A stretch of 30,308 bases of DNA, taken from the IMG/VR virus record IMGVR_UViG_3300019872_000012, positions 1 through 30,308 of that record. The stretch is one strand, 5' to 3'. Of the stretch, positions 17,101 to 25,164 are shown piece by piece. Every line of letters starts with the position of its first letter. Positions within the stretch are counted from its first letter, which is position 1. Below the pieces are notes generated by a model. It saw only the letters and a program-made list of their open reading frames with translations, did no database searches and was not told where the DNA came from. Both the position numbers and the translations under genes were made by a program. The stretch comes from a virus (lineage: Duplodnaviria > Caudoviricetes).

Positions 17101-18085
17101 GGCTTTCTATCTGCCGGTTGGTTGCTATTCCTTCCTCTGCGATTGATCGCAGACCGGAGACGGCCCCACCTGCTATGAGGGCTATTCCTCCAATGCCGGC
17201 AACGAGCAACCCGACGCCAATAATGACCGGCCCCAATGCGGCAGACATTCCCCCGGCCGCGGCAGAGACAGCCCCCAGGCCGGCCCCTGCCTCCGTCCCG
17301 GCTGAGGCAACTGAGGGCAGGATTGAGGCCAGGCTCTGTATCTGACCGATGATCCCGCCAAATCCGCCCCCGGCCCCACTAAAGGCAGATATCGAGGTCC
17401 GGAGATCACCCAACAATTTCCCAAAGTTTGTACCGCTTGCGATTTGTCCAATGCGGTTTTGAACATTGGCCAATTGAGTCTGAGCTCTGATCGTCTGCAA
17501 GGTTTGCTCAGTCACGCCGGCCAACGCCGTCTTTAAAGTGTTCTGAGCCCCCGCCAGGTTGCCGCCTGCGGCCTGCAGACGCGCGTTAGCCTGTGCAAGC
17601 TGCAACCTTTGATTTGCGGCGGCCTTCTCTGCGGCGGCGAGTTTGGCCGCCTCCGCGGCCTGTGCTTTTGCGGCGGCCCCAGCGTCGCGTGCTGCTTTCA
17701 CCTGAGCGGCCGCGGCCTCGGTTGCGGCCCGGGCCAGTGATCTGAAAGCCTCAGCCGCAACTTTTGTTACCTCCGCAACCTCTTTGCCTTGGACTGAGGC
17801 GAGTTGAGTTTGAGCCCTGATTGTCTGGATTGTCTGCTTTTCGACGCCGGCCAAGGCCTTGGTGAGAGTGTCTTGAGCTCCGGAGAGATTGCCTTGAACG
17901 GTTTGAAGGGCCGAGTTGGCCCGGGCCAGACCCAACGCGGAATCGGTTGCGGTTTTGACGGCCCGGGATTGGCTAAGATTAACGCCTATCGAGGCCTGTA
18001 CAGTTTTGGCAAGGGAATTGACGGCGGCAACAGCCCCGGATGAGTCGCCCGTTATCCTAAGATTTAGTAACAGATCATCGGCCAT
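14114..18085 (-). CDS. Tail tape measure protein
   Basis: 1323 aa, Ala/Gly/Leu-rich helical and coiled-coil sequence; LRITGDSSGA N-terminus; follows the chaperones. Confidence 0.93.
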   Translation of the reverse strand: MADDLLLNLRITGDSSGAVAAVNSLAKTVQASIGVNLSQSRAVKTATDSALGLARANSALQTVQGNLSGAQDTLTKALAGVEKQTIQTIRAQTQLASVQGKEVAEVTKVAAEAFRSLARAATEAAAAQVKAARDAGAAAKAQAAEAAKLAAAEKAAANQRLQLAQANARLQAAGGNLAGAQNTLKTALAGVTEQTLQTIRAQTQLANVQNRIGQIASGTNFGKLLGDLRTSISAFSGAGGGFGGIIGQIQSLASILPSVASAGTEAGAGLGAVSAAAGGMSAALGPVIIGVGLLVAGIGGIALIAGGAVSGLRSIAEEGIATNRQIESLQLGIATVIASVGDLRNSDGIQLRGLDALNAAIPLASDQMRKLRIDALQTAATFQDIAPALQAGLAPGLNAGLTLDQVRKNVISITQAVTAIGLPLDQIKQETRAILSGEINRNTQAAIALGITRQAALEAQKQGKFAEFLEEKLREAAAAGALVAKTFEAATSNLQEARSTLFALVSEGLFDQLRDKANEVLPKIFDLNSSNLISNNLNGIADLLTRIFDTAGKTITDLIDFVVKGIQSINQLINENRSAIGAIIQSFDEIVRIVGLIIGDFVSLISGSDQWGTRIRFVDDVLLSIVAGMGNLRDLIKVVTAGFQIAGSTVVQFLLTPLEAVADITAAIASLIPGLGDKAAAEARAIKGIREAAENAAKQGEKNLVEGMKNFGKTGAEAVKRIEEARKRAAADVRAVPGLGRKTPADTGAKLAGGRGRAKEDEDGKKAAAAAREQAKQELKDLQLNEKEAELRNRRETEQLKDALQARILSIQDFTQKAIDLDNILLATRLATFKAEESAAVRTAKTKAEADVKRREISLKADQAILDSERRQQELREAQQNEELKNEESRFKRLLELREAIRDQETQAVGGQVKRNQITNAEAEAKLLDLERERFDDRKALIERGLALETNETEEKRRLTDELKKLSVERATFETEALEREQEARAKDAALFSRYINARVEAVRGLRAAQLDLQRAQADVLKQFTATRSLGVGQDLEAQREIARLSSADNERSISEQFEQVRRRAVEAKASAAELIEIEKGKNAALVIERARLAIELQAIDAKISANERLSGGGFQSLFSERVQEMASQVGLAKAVIEDFSKSIEDSIVSIDEIGKSAFLGFAEGIGSAVQNYVLLGKTGPAVIRKLLAEQLAAIAKEAAVNSIKELALGFGALFINPPAAAGHFTSAALWAGLAGGAAIVGRAVAPSQNTSSGDTFGNSGGATGGEDSQQPIVINQERRIIENIITIRPDQAFIVSTFTNDYKSDGDSRKVINDDQTVIRRG

Positions 18086-18086
18086 A

Positions 18087-18311
18087 TCACCCCGTCTTTA
18101 TTTTGAATCGATTCTTGTCGGTCAATCCGGCTCCAACCATGATTTCGATCATCTTGATTTGAGCTCTGATTTCGGCGTTTTCCGCTTTCGTCTTCTCAGC
18201 CCAATCCAGATAAACGAGGGCCGCCAAGTCGACCGCCATGGCTACTACGGGATCCGCTATCAACATCAACTCGGAAACGCGGACAGCGAACCTACGCGAC
18301 ATCTCGCACAT
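18087..18311 (-). CDS. Tail assembly chaperone, T-type C-terminal part (probably reached by frameshift)
   Basis: Overlaps the upstream chaperone in the +1 frame, open back to about 18380; immediately before tape measure. Confidence 0.65.
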   Translation of the reverse strand: MCEMSRRFAVRVSELMLIADPVVAMAVDLAALVYLDWAEKTKAENAEIRAQIKMIEIMVGAGLTDKNRFKIKTG

Positions 18312-18846
18312 CGCGTGGAAATTGGGGGAACGGATGAAACCTTTCCACTTTTGGAACGCTCGTTTCTTGTCCGTCTGTGAGCTTCACCGGCAACGCCGGC
18401 GACATGTTCATACCGTACTGATAAATGGCCTGGATAATATGGGCTGAGCCTTCGCAGGCTCTGAGAGCAATCTCACCCTCGTTTTCATCCTCTTCCGTTC
18501 CATCGATGAGAATAGGTTCAACGCAAATCTTTTTAGCCATATCCCACATGAAATCGAGGACATCAAGAGTGTCTTTGCCGCTCATCTTTGCCGCATCCTT
18601 CTGAGCCTGGTCGAGTGCATTCTTGAGGTCGCCATATTGATTGTTGTTATCACCCAACAATAACAGGGCCATGCTCTGAGGCAGGGCCTTGTTATAGATA
18701 AGCGATGCCAGATCAATACGCCGGGCCTTGCAATCAAAAGTGTAATCCTCTCCGAGGGCTGGAATCGGCAAAGAGATTTCAGCAACTGGAAAGGACGGCT
18801 TTTTTGTTTTGAAATTCTTGCGGTAGTCGGTTTTGTCTTGGCTCAT
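18292..18846 (-). CDS. Tail assembly chaperone (G-type)
   Basis: Between tail tube and tape measure; GAAAGGAA RBS. Confidence 0.75.
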   Translation of the reverse strand: MSQDKTDYRKNFKTKKPSFPVAEISLPIPALGEDYTFDCKARRIDLASLIYNKALPQSMALLLLGDNNNQYGDLKNALDQAQKDAAKMSGKDTLDVLDFMWDMAKKICVEPILIDGTEEDENEGEIALRACEGSAHIIQAIYQYGMNMSPALPVKLTDGQETSVPKVERFHPFPQFPRDVRDVA

Positions 18847-18859
18847 AGATTTCCTTTCG

Positions 18860-18889
18860 AAAAAAATAGGGGGCTGTCGGCCGGCCCCC
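18860..18889 (-). terminator. Terminator/attenuator after the tail tube gene
   Basis: GGGGGCC...AGCCCCC stem followed by TATTTTTTT. Confidence 0.6.
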
Positions 18890-18918
18890 GGTAGTCTTCA
18901 AACATCCCAACCGGAAAG

Positions 18919-19518
18919 TTAGGCGGTTTGTTTCCAAAGGGCTGCGACCTGATCGGCCGCCGCGCGTGTAGTGATGGCAGTACCAACAAGATTGATTGAG
19001 CCGGCTGAGTCCTCGTTGCGGTTCATCGCCGCATTGAAGCCGCTAGCATTATAACAGCGGTACAGGTTGTAAACGCCGTACAGCGTCGAGGAACCTTCCA
19101 GCAACCAGATGGCCGCCGCGCTCATATAGCTGACTGTCTGCAGAGAGCCGTAGGTGATTTTTTCTTTGTTTGTTGGAACCGTTTTAGTGCCTCCCAACGT
19201 GAGCATAACAACAAGATCCATATCTGTCATTTGCAGAAAATCCCCCTCAATCCGACATTCTTGAGTTGCGATTGAGACGGCATAGGGCGTCGGGAAATTG
19301 TCAGATGATTTCTCATTCACAGTGGCGTTCTGAATGAGTGTCGCTCCTGTTTTCAGCATTCCAACGTGTTTTGCCGTTGGATTGGCAACGCTTTCCGGCG
19401 TCCCATCTGTGTGGAGCGTGATTTCCGCGGCCGCCCCTGGGATTGCAAGTTTCCCCCAAAGGTCCGTAGGCCCGTGGAGTGTTTTGGTTGAGTCGTAAGC
19501 TAAAGGTGTTCCCGGCAT
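18919..19518 (-). CDS. Major tail tube protein
   Basis: 199 aa, Thr/Ala/Gly rich, HVGMLKTGATL motif, canonical position. Confidence 0.75.
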   Translation of the reverse strand: MPGTPLAYDSTKTLHGPTDLWGKLAIPGAAAEITLHTDGTPESVANPTAKHVGMLKTGATLIQNATVNEKSSDNFPTPYAVSIATQECRIEGDFLQMTDMDLVVMLTLGGTKTVPTNKEKITYGSLQTVSYMSAAAIWLLEGSSTLYGVYNLYRCYNASGFNAAMNRNEDSAGSINLVGTAITTRAAADQVAALWKQTA

Positions 19519-19566
19519 AGATTGAAATCTCCTCTCTCAGAGTTCATACGGGTTGAAGGCCCCGGG

Positions 19567-20070
19567 TTAAAAGTTGCGTTTCTCCGTCATCTTGACGGGC
19601 TGCAATGCCGGAGCGTCGGCCGGCCGTTTAGTTCCCTTGCCGGTATATCTGAGGCTTTGAATCAACAGGCCGGTCGCGTGATTGGTCTCGTTATAGGCGT
19701 GTTGTTGCTCCGGGCTCAGAGAGGCGAACCATGCTTCAAGGCCGGACTCCTCAAGCCCGTCCGGAGGGAGAGGGAACAGGCCCAGGGCTGCGCGCCGTAC
19801 GGCTCTGCCTTTGCCGAATGAATTGGGATCCAGGTCGGGAAACCATCCCTTTTCCTCATGATAACCTCCGACCACGGCCAGCTTATGATAGTTATCAGGC
19901 CCCAAAGCGGCATAGGTCCAAGGGAAGGGAGGTAACTTATTCAAGTCAAGCCCCTCGTCATAGTCGTCGGCCGTGATGACATTCGCTGTACCAGTGGCCG
20001 GGTTTGCCGGAGTTGAGGCCGGCAACGTGACACCGTCAGGATTCTTTTCGCCGTTTGGCATAAAGTTCAT
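19567..20070 (-). CDS. Hypothetical protein (167 aa)
   Basis: TAAGGAG RBS; Pro-rich N-terminus. Confidence 0.7.
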   Translation of the reverse strand: MNFMPNGEKNPDGVTLPASTPANPATGTANVITADDYDEGLDLNKLPPFPWTYAALGPDNYHKLAVVGGYHEEKGWFPDLDPNSFGKGRAVRRAALGLFPLPPDGLEESGLEAWFASLSPEQQHAYNETNHATGLLIQSLRYTGKGTKRPADAPALQPVKMTEKRNF

Positions 20071-20575
20071 TACTCCTTATAGGTATAAAAAGGCCGTCGC
20101 CGACCTGGTGTTTTTTGGATGACACATCGAAAACCGAGAACCGCCCCAATCGTTCTGCCGGATGTCCGATCAGGATTGCTCCGGGGTTTCGCTGTACCGC
20201 TTCAAGCTCTCGCGCAAGTAGCGGCCGGATGAGATCAATTGAGATCTCGCCCTTGATGAGCCGCGCTCCTGTCTGTTGTCCAACGCCGGAGAGCCACGCC
20301 ATGGCCAGGGTTCCGGCTATGAGAAAATCATTGTTCGACCAAAGGACCGTCGCCGTGTGAGCCTCACTGTCAACTGGGTCTCTAAAACCTATCGAGCTAT
20401 GCCAGGCCACGCCTGCGTCGTCAAACATATCGATAGTCAGGACTGATCGGACAAGATGAGGGCCGGCCTGGAATTCATAAATAAACCCTTCTTTGTTGCA
20501 ATCCTCAGCACTCCAACAAGGATTTGCCAGGACGAATTTCTGACGCGGCTCAACAAGCTCTTGATAAATCATCAT
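20036..20575 (-). CDS. Hypothetical protein (about 179 aa, MMIYQELVEP...)
   Basis: Start reassigned to ATG at 20575, overlapping the upstream TAA. Confidence 0.7.
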   Translation of the reverse strand: MMIYQELVEPRQKFVLANPCWSAEDCNKEGFIYEFQAGPHLVRSVLTIDMFDDAGVAWHSSIGFRDPVDSEAHTATVLWSNNDFLIAGTLAMAWLSGVGQQTGARLIKGEISIDLIRPLLARELEAVQRNPGAILIGHPAERLGRFSVFDVSSKKHQVGDGLFIPIRSNELYAKRRKES

Positions 20576-21123
20576 TACCTGCTTTCGGTGAGACGGATGA
20601 AAAGCTCGAAATTCACCGACCGGATATAAACGCCGGCCTCTTCCCTGGGCTGTGCAATCTGTCCATAGATTGCGTTTCGCACAGTCACTTTGACGCCGCC
20701 CTGGTCGGCCCCGGCGCCGGGGAAATTCTGACGCCATTGAGCCCTGGTTGCCGACAGGAAACACATCATTGTGGCGTCGTAGTACCGGATGAGGGTTTCT
20801 GTTAACAAGCTTATCCGGCCGGCCTGGTCGTCATTGGTCAAGTCTTCATCCGCCAGAAAAATGGATACGGCAAAACTATGTTGCTGGTCGACGCCGCCTT
20901 GCTCGAATATGCCCGCATTGTTACCGGCCGGCTGAATGATCAAAAGAGGAAAGCTCCGGGAATGCCGGGTTGAGTACTGAATCCGGGCATATTCCGGCCC
21001 GGATTCAGATGAGCCGTACGCCCACTCGAGAGCCTCTTTCATGTCGGTCTCGATGATCCGCTTTGCGTTTTGCAATAGGGGCAACTGACCGGCCAAATTT
21101 GAAAAGATAGGATTGAAAGGCAT
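20575..21123 (-). CDS. Putative tail terminator / completion protein
   Basis: Position after the morphogenesis gene; FPLLIIQP motif; TAATG coupling at both ends. Confidence 0.5.
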   Translation of the reverse strand: MPFNPIFSNLAGQLPLLQNAKRIIETDMKEALEWAYGSSESGPEYARIQYSTRHSRSFPLLIIQPAGNNAGIFEQGGVDQQHSFAVSIFLADEDLTNDDQAGRISLLTETLIRYYDATMMCFLSATRAQWRQNFPGAGADQGGVKVTVRNAIYGQIAQPREEAGVYIRSVNFELFIRLTESR

Positions 21124-21633
21124 TATTCGAGCCCAATTATTGAGACCAGACCGAGGCCGGCCCCGCCGTTAACATGATCGAAAATGAATCGCTCAATAGC
21201 CCGCTTGTCCTCATCAGTTAGAACAAGGATTTCCCTGACTGGCATATTTCCTTTTCCGTAATGATGAATCGGGGCCTTGAAATCGCGCGTACCAAAGGCG
21301 AAGCTCAGCGGGTCACTTTCTATAAAACTCTCCTCTGTTTCTGTCGTCAGGCTTAAAAACATCACATCATCACGCCTCAGGATTGGCATGCCTGGGTGGG
21401 TAATAGTCTTTTCAAGCTCATACTCCGGGCTCAGCCGCTGCCAGGGAGATCCTCCGCGGCCGCCTTCGCTCGCGAATTGATTAACCATTGCCTGACGCAA
21501 GTACAAAAGGACTTTCTCCCAGGCCGGCCGGAAATCTGTGAGCGCTGATTTGATCCAGGACGCGGTCGACGCCTTCCAGTTCGAAGACCAGATTAAGAGG
21601 TTGAGCCGAAGTTGTGACGGTTGTTATCGCCAT
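21123..21633 (-). CDS. Virion morphogenesis / tail completion protein (Mu gpG, P2 gpS-like), split by a +1 frame change near 21530-21570
   Basis: Coupled ATG at 21633 stops at 21481; the +1 frame reads LTDFRPAWEKV...FASEG...WQRLSPEY...IL...FGT...APIHHYG...MPVREIL, typical of the family. Confidence 0.75.
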
Positions 21634-21977
21634 TACTCGTTTGACGGAAATGATGTGGGCCTTACGATCCACTTCCAAAGTTTCGGGTTGCCGGTCGGAG
21701 GCTGTGGAGCCCCTTGCCGTTCATATTTATAGCCCAACAATTCGAAAAAGACGGCCTTGCGAAATTCAATCCCCTGCCGATGAGTGATCGATATGATGGT
21801 CACTTCGCCCCCGTTGTTTTCGTCTGTTACCTCTTCCCTCAGGTACCCGCTTTTAATCTCGGCAACCAAAACATTCTTATCCGTCCAGAGAAACAGGGAA
21901 GCCTTATTGTCCTCTTGAGTGACGATCCGGAGAGCGTCAAAGACTTTCACGAAAGGTTTTGTGAGATTGACTCCCAT
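21633..21977 (-). CDS. Putative head closure / head-tail joining protein
   Basis: 114 aa, position in the connector block. Confidence 0.5.
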   Translation of the reverse strand: MGVNLTKPFVKVFDALRIVTQEDNKASLFLWTDKNVLVAEIKSGYLREEVTDENNGGEVTIISITHRQGIEFRKAVFFELLGYKYERQGAPQPPTGNPKLWKWIVRPTSFPSNE

Positions 21978-21978
21978 A

Positions 21979-22425
21979 TCAGCAACAGACTTTCAGAGGA
22001 AACCAGCAAAGACAGGGATGACAACGGATATAACAGACAGGGCAACAATCATCGCCGCGCTGGCCGGTTTGTGCGCCTATCTGGCCTTGTCCAATGGCAA
22101 CCAAACCGGTGTCATAAAGGAAGGAAAGAACCAACTCACATAATTGGTCTCTATCCCGGGTGAGCGAATAATCCGCGCCATACCGGCCGCCTTTGACGCC
22201 GATAGTCCCATCTGGCCCAACGCCTTCAATTGCCGTCAAGATTGCAGCCACAAACCGGCTCTGTAATCCTGGATCGCCCACCAACGCTGTGATGTCATTT
22301 GAGAGAGTAGGAAAAGCTCCCGGAAGACTCCGGTAATAGACAGAGCTTCTCACGTAGGCGATTAGGATCCCGGCCCCATCTGCGGTCAGGGCCGGCTGTG
22401 CGGTAATTTCAGCTTGTGTTGGCAT
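21979..22425 (-). CDS. Putative head-tail adaptor with Cys-rich C-terminus
   Basis: GGGAG RBS; position; ends in CCPVCYIRCHPCLCWFPLKVCC. Confidence 0.5.
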   Translation of the reverse strand: MPTQAEITAQPALTADGAGILIAYVRSSVYYRSLPGAFPTLSNDITALVGDPGLQSRFVAAILTAIEGVGPDGTIGVKGGRYGADYSLTRDRDQLCELVLSFLYDTGLVAIGQGQIGAQTGQRGDDCCPVCYIRCHPCLCWFPLKVCC

Positions 22426-22440
22426 TGGGCCAGACTCCCG

Positions 22441-22824
22441 TTAGGCCGGCATGGTTGCCGACCGTTCCTTCAATTCACCTTCCAGCGCCTTAATGCGCGC
22501 CCTGATCTCATCAGGACTATTGACGGCGGCGCCTGGGCCGGAGACTTCGTTAATTGCTCCGCGGATATGCGAGGGCAGAGCCTGAATCGTCGGATACTGG
22601 ATTCCGTAAATGCTCATACAACCGCCGCCGTTATAGACGTCGACAATCGCTTGAACTGAGTGCATGAGCGGTCTCTCTTTCCCCTTTCGGTCTTTGATGT
22701 ATAGGCCGGTCGGGCTGAATTCCAAGGGGGCCGGCTCAGCGCCGGAGCCTGAGCCCGGATCTTCCGTCTTTTTGTCAGGGCCTGCCGGCCCCTGGGATTG
22801 TTGGTTTTTCTCTTGGCTTGCCAT
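22441..22824 (-). CDS. Hypothetical protein after the capsid gene
   Basis: AGGAG RBS; disordered N-terminus and short C-terminal coiled coil. Confidence 0.75.
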   Translation of the reverse strand: MASQEKNQQSQGPAGPDKKTEDPGSGSGAEPAPLEFSPTGLYIKDRKGKERPLMHSVQAIVDVYNGGGCMSIYGIQYPTIQALPSHIRGAINEVSGPGAAVNSPDEIRARIKALEGELKERSATMPA

Positions 22825-22944
22825 ATTGCTCCTAGATTCGAAGTTGATGATTGAGCCGGCCTCATTCCGGAGGCCGGCTCGTTGGTGGGCCTTTCACCCT
22901 TATATATAGTCACGATGGGACTGCAGAAAGGCCCCTGACGATTC

Positions 22945-24090
22945 CTAGAACGGATCCGATACCGGGATCGGGTCGGTAAATGCCCCGGCAGTGATCACCG
23001 CCGATGATTCGACGCGGTGTTTGCGGGAGAAGCCGCGGGCCACTGACCAATAAGTCACTCCCGGGGGGTTGAGGTTCGCTGAGGCCGCCGTAACATAGGC
23101 GACAGGGCCGCGCGTTGGGCCGGAAAAGTTGCCGTTGACGGAATTGGGTACCAAGCCCTGTACGATGGACTCAGTGACAACCCCGTTCGCCCAATCTCGC
23201 ACGTTTGAGTTGTTATCCTCAGCCGTGTTTGTGAAAAGCACCTTCGTGATCGGCAGGAACGGCGCCGACGTCGTGTCTCCATTCGGGGCCTGCGACCAGT
23301 ACCGGCTGTCATAAAACTCAATGACATCGAGGCCCAGAATCTGAGCGGCGAGTTTTTGCATCAACTGAGTATTGGCCTGGGGTACCAACGCCTCAGTAAA
23401 GTTGTTGCCGAAAATGCCGAGGTTCTTGATGTACGTCTGAAACTGGGTGGTTGCAATCATGTAAGTGAATGCGGCCAAGCTCATAGTCATCCGGTTGAAG
23501 ATCTGACCATAGCGAACCTGGGCCAGGCGTTTCAGGTTGAGAATGTCGTCGACCGGGTGAGCCGTAAGAGGCGTATCCCAGGTCGGCGAGGCCGTCACTT
23601 TCAGATCTGACGGCATCCCCCACGAAACGTTGCTCATCTTGATTCCAAGCCGGTCATAGCTGAAAGAATCGAGCAACATCCCCATGATGATTGCCTCTTC
23701 GCGTTGGCGCACGCCAGTCAAAAGGCTGTCGAGGGTCCGCCGTTCCCAGTTTCGGAAAATTCCATCCTCATCAGTGACCGCGGAGGCGTCGAGGGATGAG
23801 AGCTGATTGAGCATTGCCTGTGTGAGCCCAACGCCATGTTTCAGATTAGGGATTTGCACGCTTTCAAACGCGAATTTCCCAGTCTGGTAAATATTTGCAC
23901 GCTCATCATCAGCGATGATGTCGGCAATCTGCACACGCCCCACGAACCGGCCCATGATCTCTTCATCAACGGCAGGAACGGAAGCCGTCCGGCCAAGAAA
24001 TAAGAGTTCTCCGGGGAGGTCGCGCGCGTCTTGGAGAGCCCGGAAGATCTTGGACACTCGGACTACGTTAAAGACTTCGTTACCAACCAT
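22945..24090 (-). CDS. Major capsid protein (lambda gpE-like family)
   Basis: About 381 aa; GAGGTG RBS before ATG at 24090; QREE...GML and W...TAHPVDDI motifs; follows the decoration gene. Confidence 0.88.
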   Translation of the reverse strand: MVGNEVFNVVRVSKIFRALQDARDLPGELLFLGRTASVPAVDEEIMGRFVGRVQIADIIADDERANIYQTGKFAFESVQIPNLKHGVGLTQAMLNQLSSLDASAVTDEDGIFRNWERRTLDSLLTGVRQREEAIIMGMLLDSFSYDRLGIKMSNVSWGMPSDLKVTASPTWDTPLTAHPVDDILNLKRLAQVRYGQIFNRMTMSLAAFTYMIATTQFQTYIKNLGIFGNNFTEALVPQANTQLMQKLAAQILGLDVIEFYDSRYWSQAPNGDTTSAPFLPITKVLFTNTAEDNNSNVRDWANGVVTESIVQGLVPNSVNGNFSGPTRGPVAYVTAASANLNPPGVTYWSVARGFSRKHRVESSAVITAGAFTDPIPVSDPF

Positions 24091-24151
24091 TGGTTTCACC
24101 TCAAAAAGAAAATGTTGATTTGCGCCGGGGTTGACTCATCTGGAATCCGTA

Positions 24152-24652
24152 CTATTCGGTTTCCTTGATGAGGATGCGAGGAAAGGCCGCCAGAAACTCA
24201 ACCTTGGTCGGCCCCAAAGCCAGAGTATGAGCGGCAACGCCGGATTGTAGGATCCGGTCAAACCAGACCATTCCTCCCTCAATCACTCCCGGGTGATCTG
24301 ACGCCGGAGAGTTCGACAGGCCGGCAATCATTCCCTTTTCAAGTACGGTCTGATCGAGAAGCACGACGGCCCCCCGGGTGAGAACCTCGCGGCCATCAGC
24401 GGCGGCCGGATCATAAGGCCCCCACTTTCCTCCGGAGGTAATGCGGGTCAGAACCTGGCCGTACCGCAGATATTTTTCTCCGATAGGAATTATGATTCCG
24501 TCTTTGAGAGTGACAGGGGATCCAGAGACGGCAACAACGGTCGCCCAATCAATTGTGATGCCTACAGAGTGCCATTCGGGTTGCCCGTCCGCGGATACTC
24601 TCAGGCCGTTGGAAGTTTTCAGGGTCAAGGTTTTCGGTCCATAACTCGGCAT
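24152..24652 (-). CDS. Head decoration protein (lambda gpD-like)
   Basis: GQVLTRITSGGKWGPYDPAAADG motif; between protease and capsid. Confidence 0.85.
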   Translation of the reverse strand: MPSYGPKTLTLKTSNGLRVSADGQPEWHSVGITIDWATVVAVSGSPVTLKDGIIIPIGEKYLRYGQVLTRITSGGKWGPYDPAAADGREVLTRGAVVLLDQTVLEKGMIAGLSNSPASDHPGVIEGGMVWFDRILQSGVAAHTLALGPTKVEFLAAFPRILIKETE

Positions 24653-24654
24653 AA

Positions 24655-25164
24655 TTATTTAACCTCCGCGGGTCGGGCTGAGCCCCGGCCGTATTTCTTG
24701 GCCCACGCAAGCGTGGCCTGGTATTCGTCGTCAAATTGAGCCTTCTCAGGATCATCGCCCGCGTTCCCGGGAATGGTCCTGGTACTGGCCGGCTCAGGTA
24801 CCAACTCATCGGTCAGTTTGTGAGCCTTTAGCGAATCACAACGGGTTTTCAGCCGCTGTACACGTGTGCCTTCGGATAAAGGATGATCGAAATCATCGAT
24901 AGCGGCTTGGAGGTAATCCGCCGTCAGGGCCTTGGCCTCAAACGGAAAGATTTTGTTATTTGCGAAAAGGCCGGCAACAAACGCCGCGGCCTCAGTATCG
25001 AACCTCTTAAGGGTTTCGGCCCTGAGGCTTGTGCGCATCTGTTCGATGGTTGCACTCTCCTCATCGCTGAGCCCCTCCGGAGGTTTGGCGGCCAACGCCT
25101 CAGAGCTCTCTTTATTCAAGAGAGATGCGATGTATTTGCCCGCTTTCGTATCGCCAAACTTCAT
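24655..25164 (-). CDS. Nested scaffolding protein (internal in-frame start MKFGDTK)
   Basis: GAGGAG six nt before the in-frame ATG at 25164, right after the protease domain; same layout as lambda C/Nu3. Confidence 0.6.
   Translation of the reverse strand: MKFGDTKAGKYIASLLNKESSEALAAKPPEGLSDEESATIEQMRTSLRAETLKRFDTEAAAFVAGLFANNKIFPFEAKALTADYLQAAIDDFDHPLSEGTRVQRLKTRCDSLKAHKLTDELVPEPASTRTIPGNAGDDPEKAQFDDEYQATLAWAKKYGRGSARPAEVK

Noticed and set aside
14778-18380. Long plus-strand ORFs such as 15492..16259
   Set aside because: Antisense shadows of the Ala-rich tape measure gene, with no RBS or motifs.
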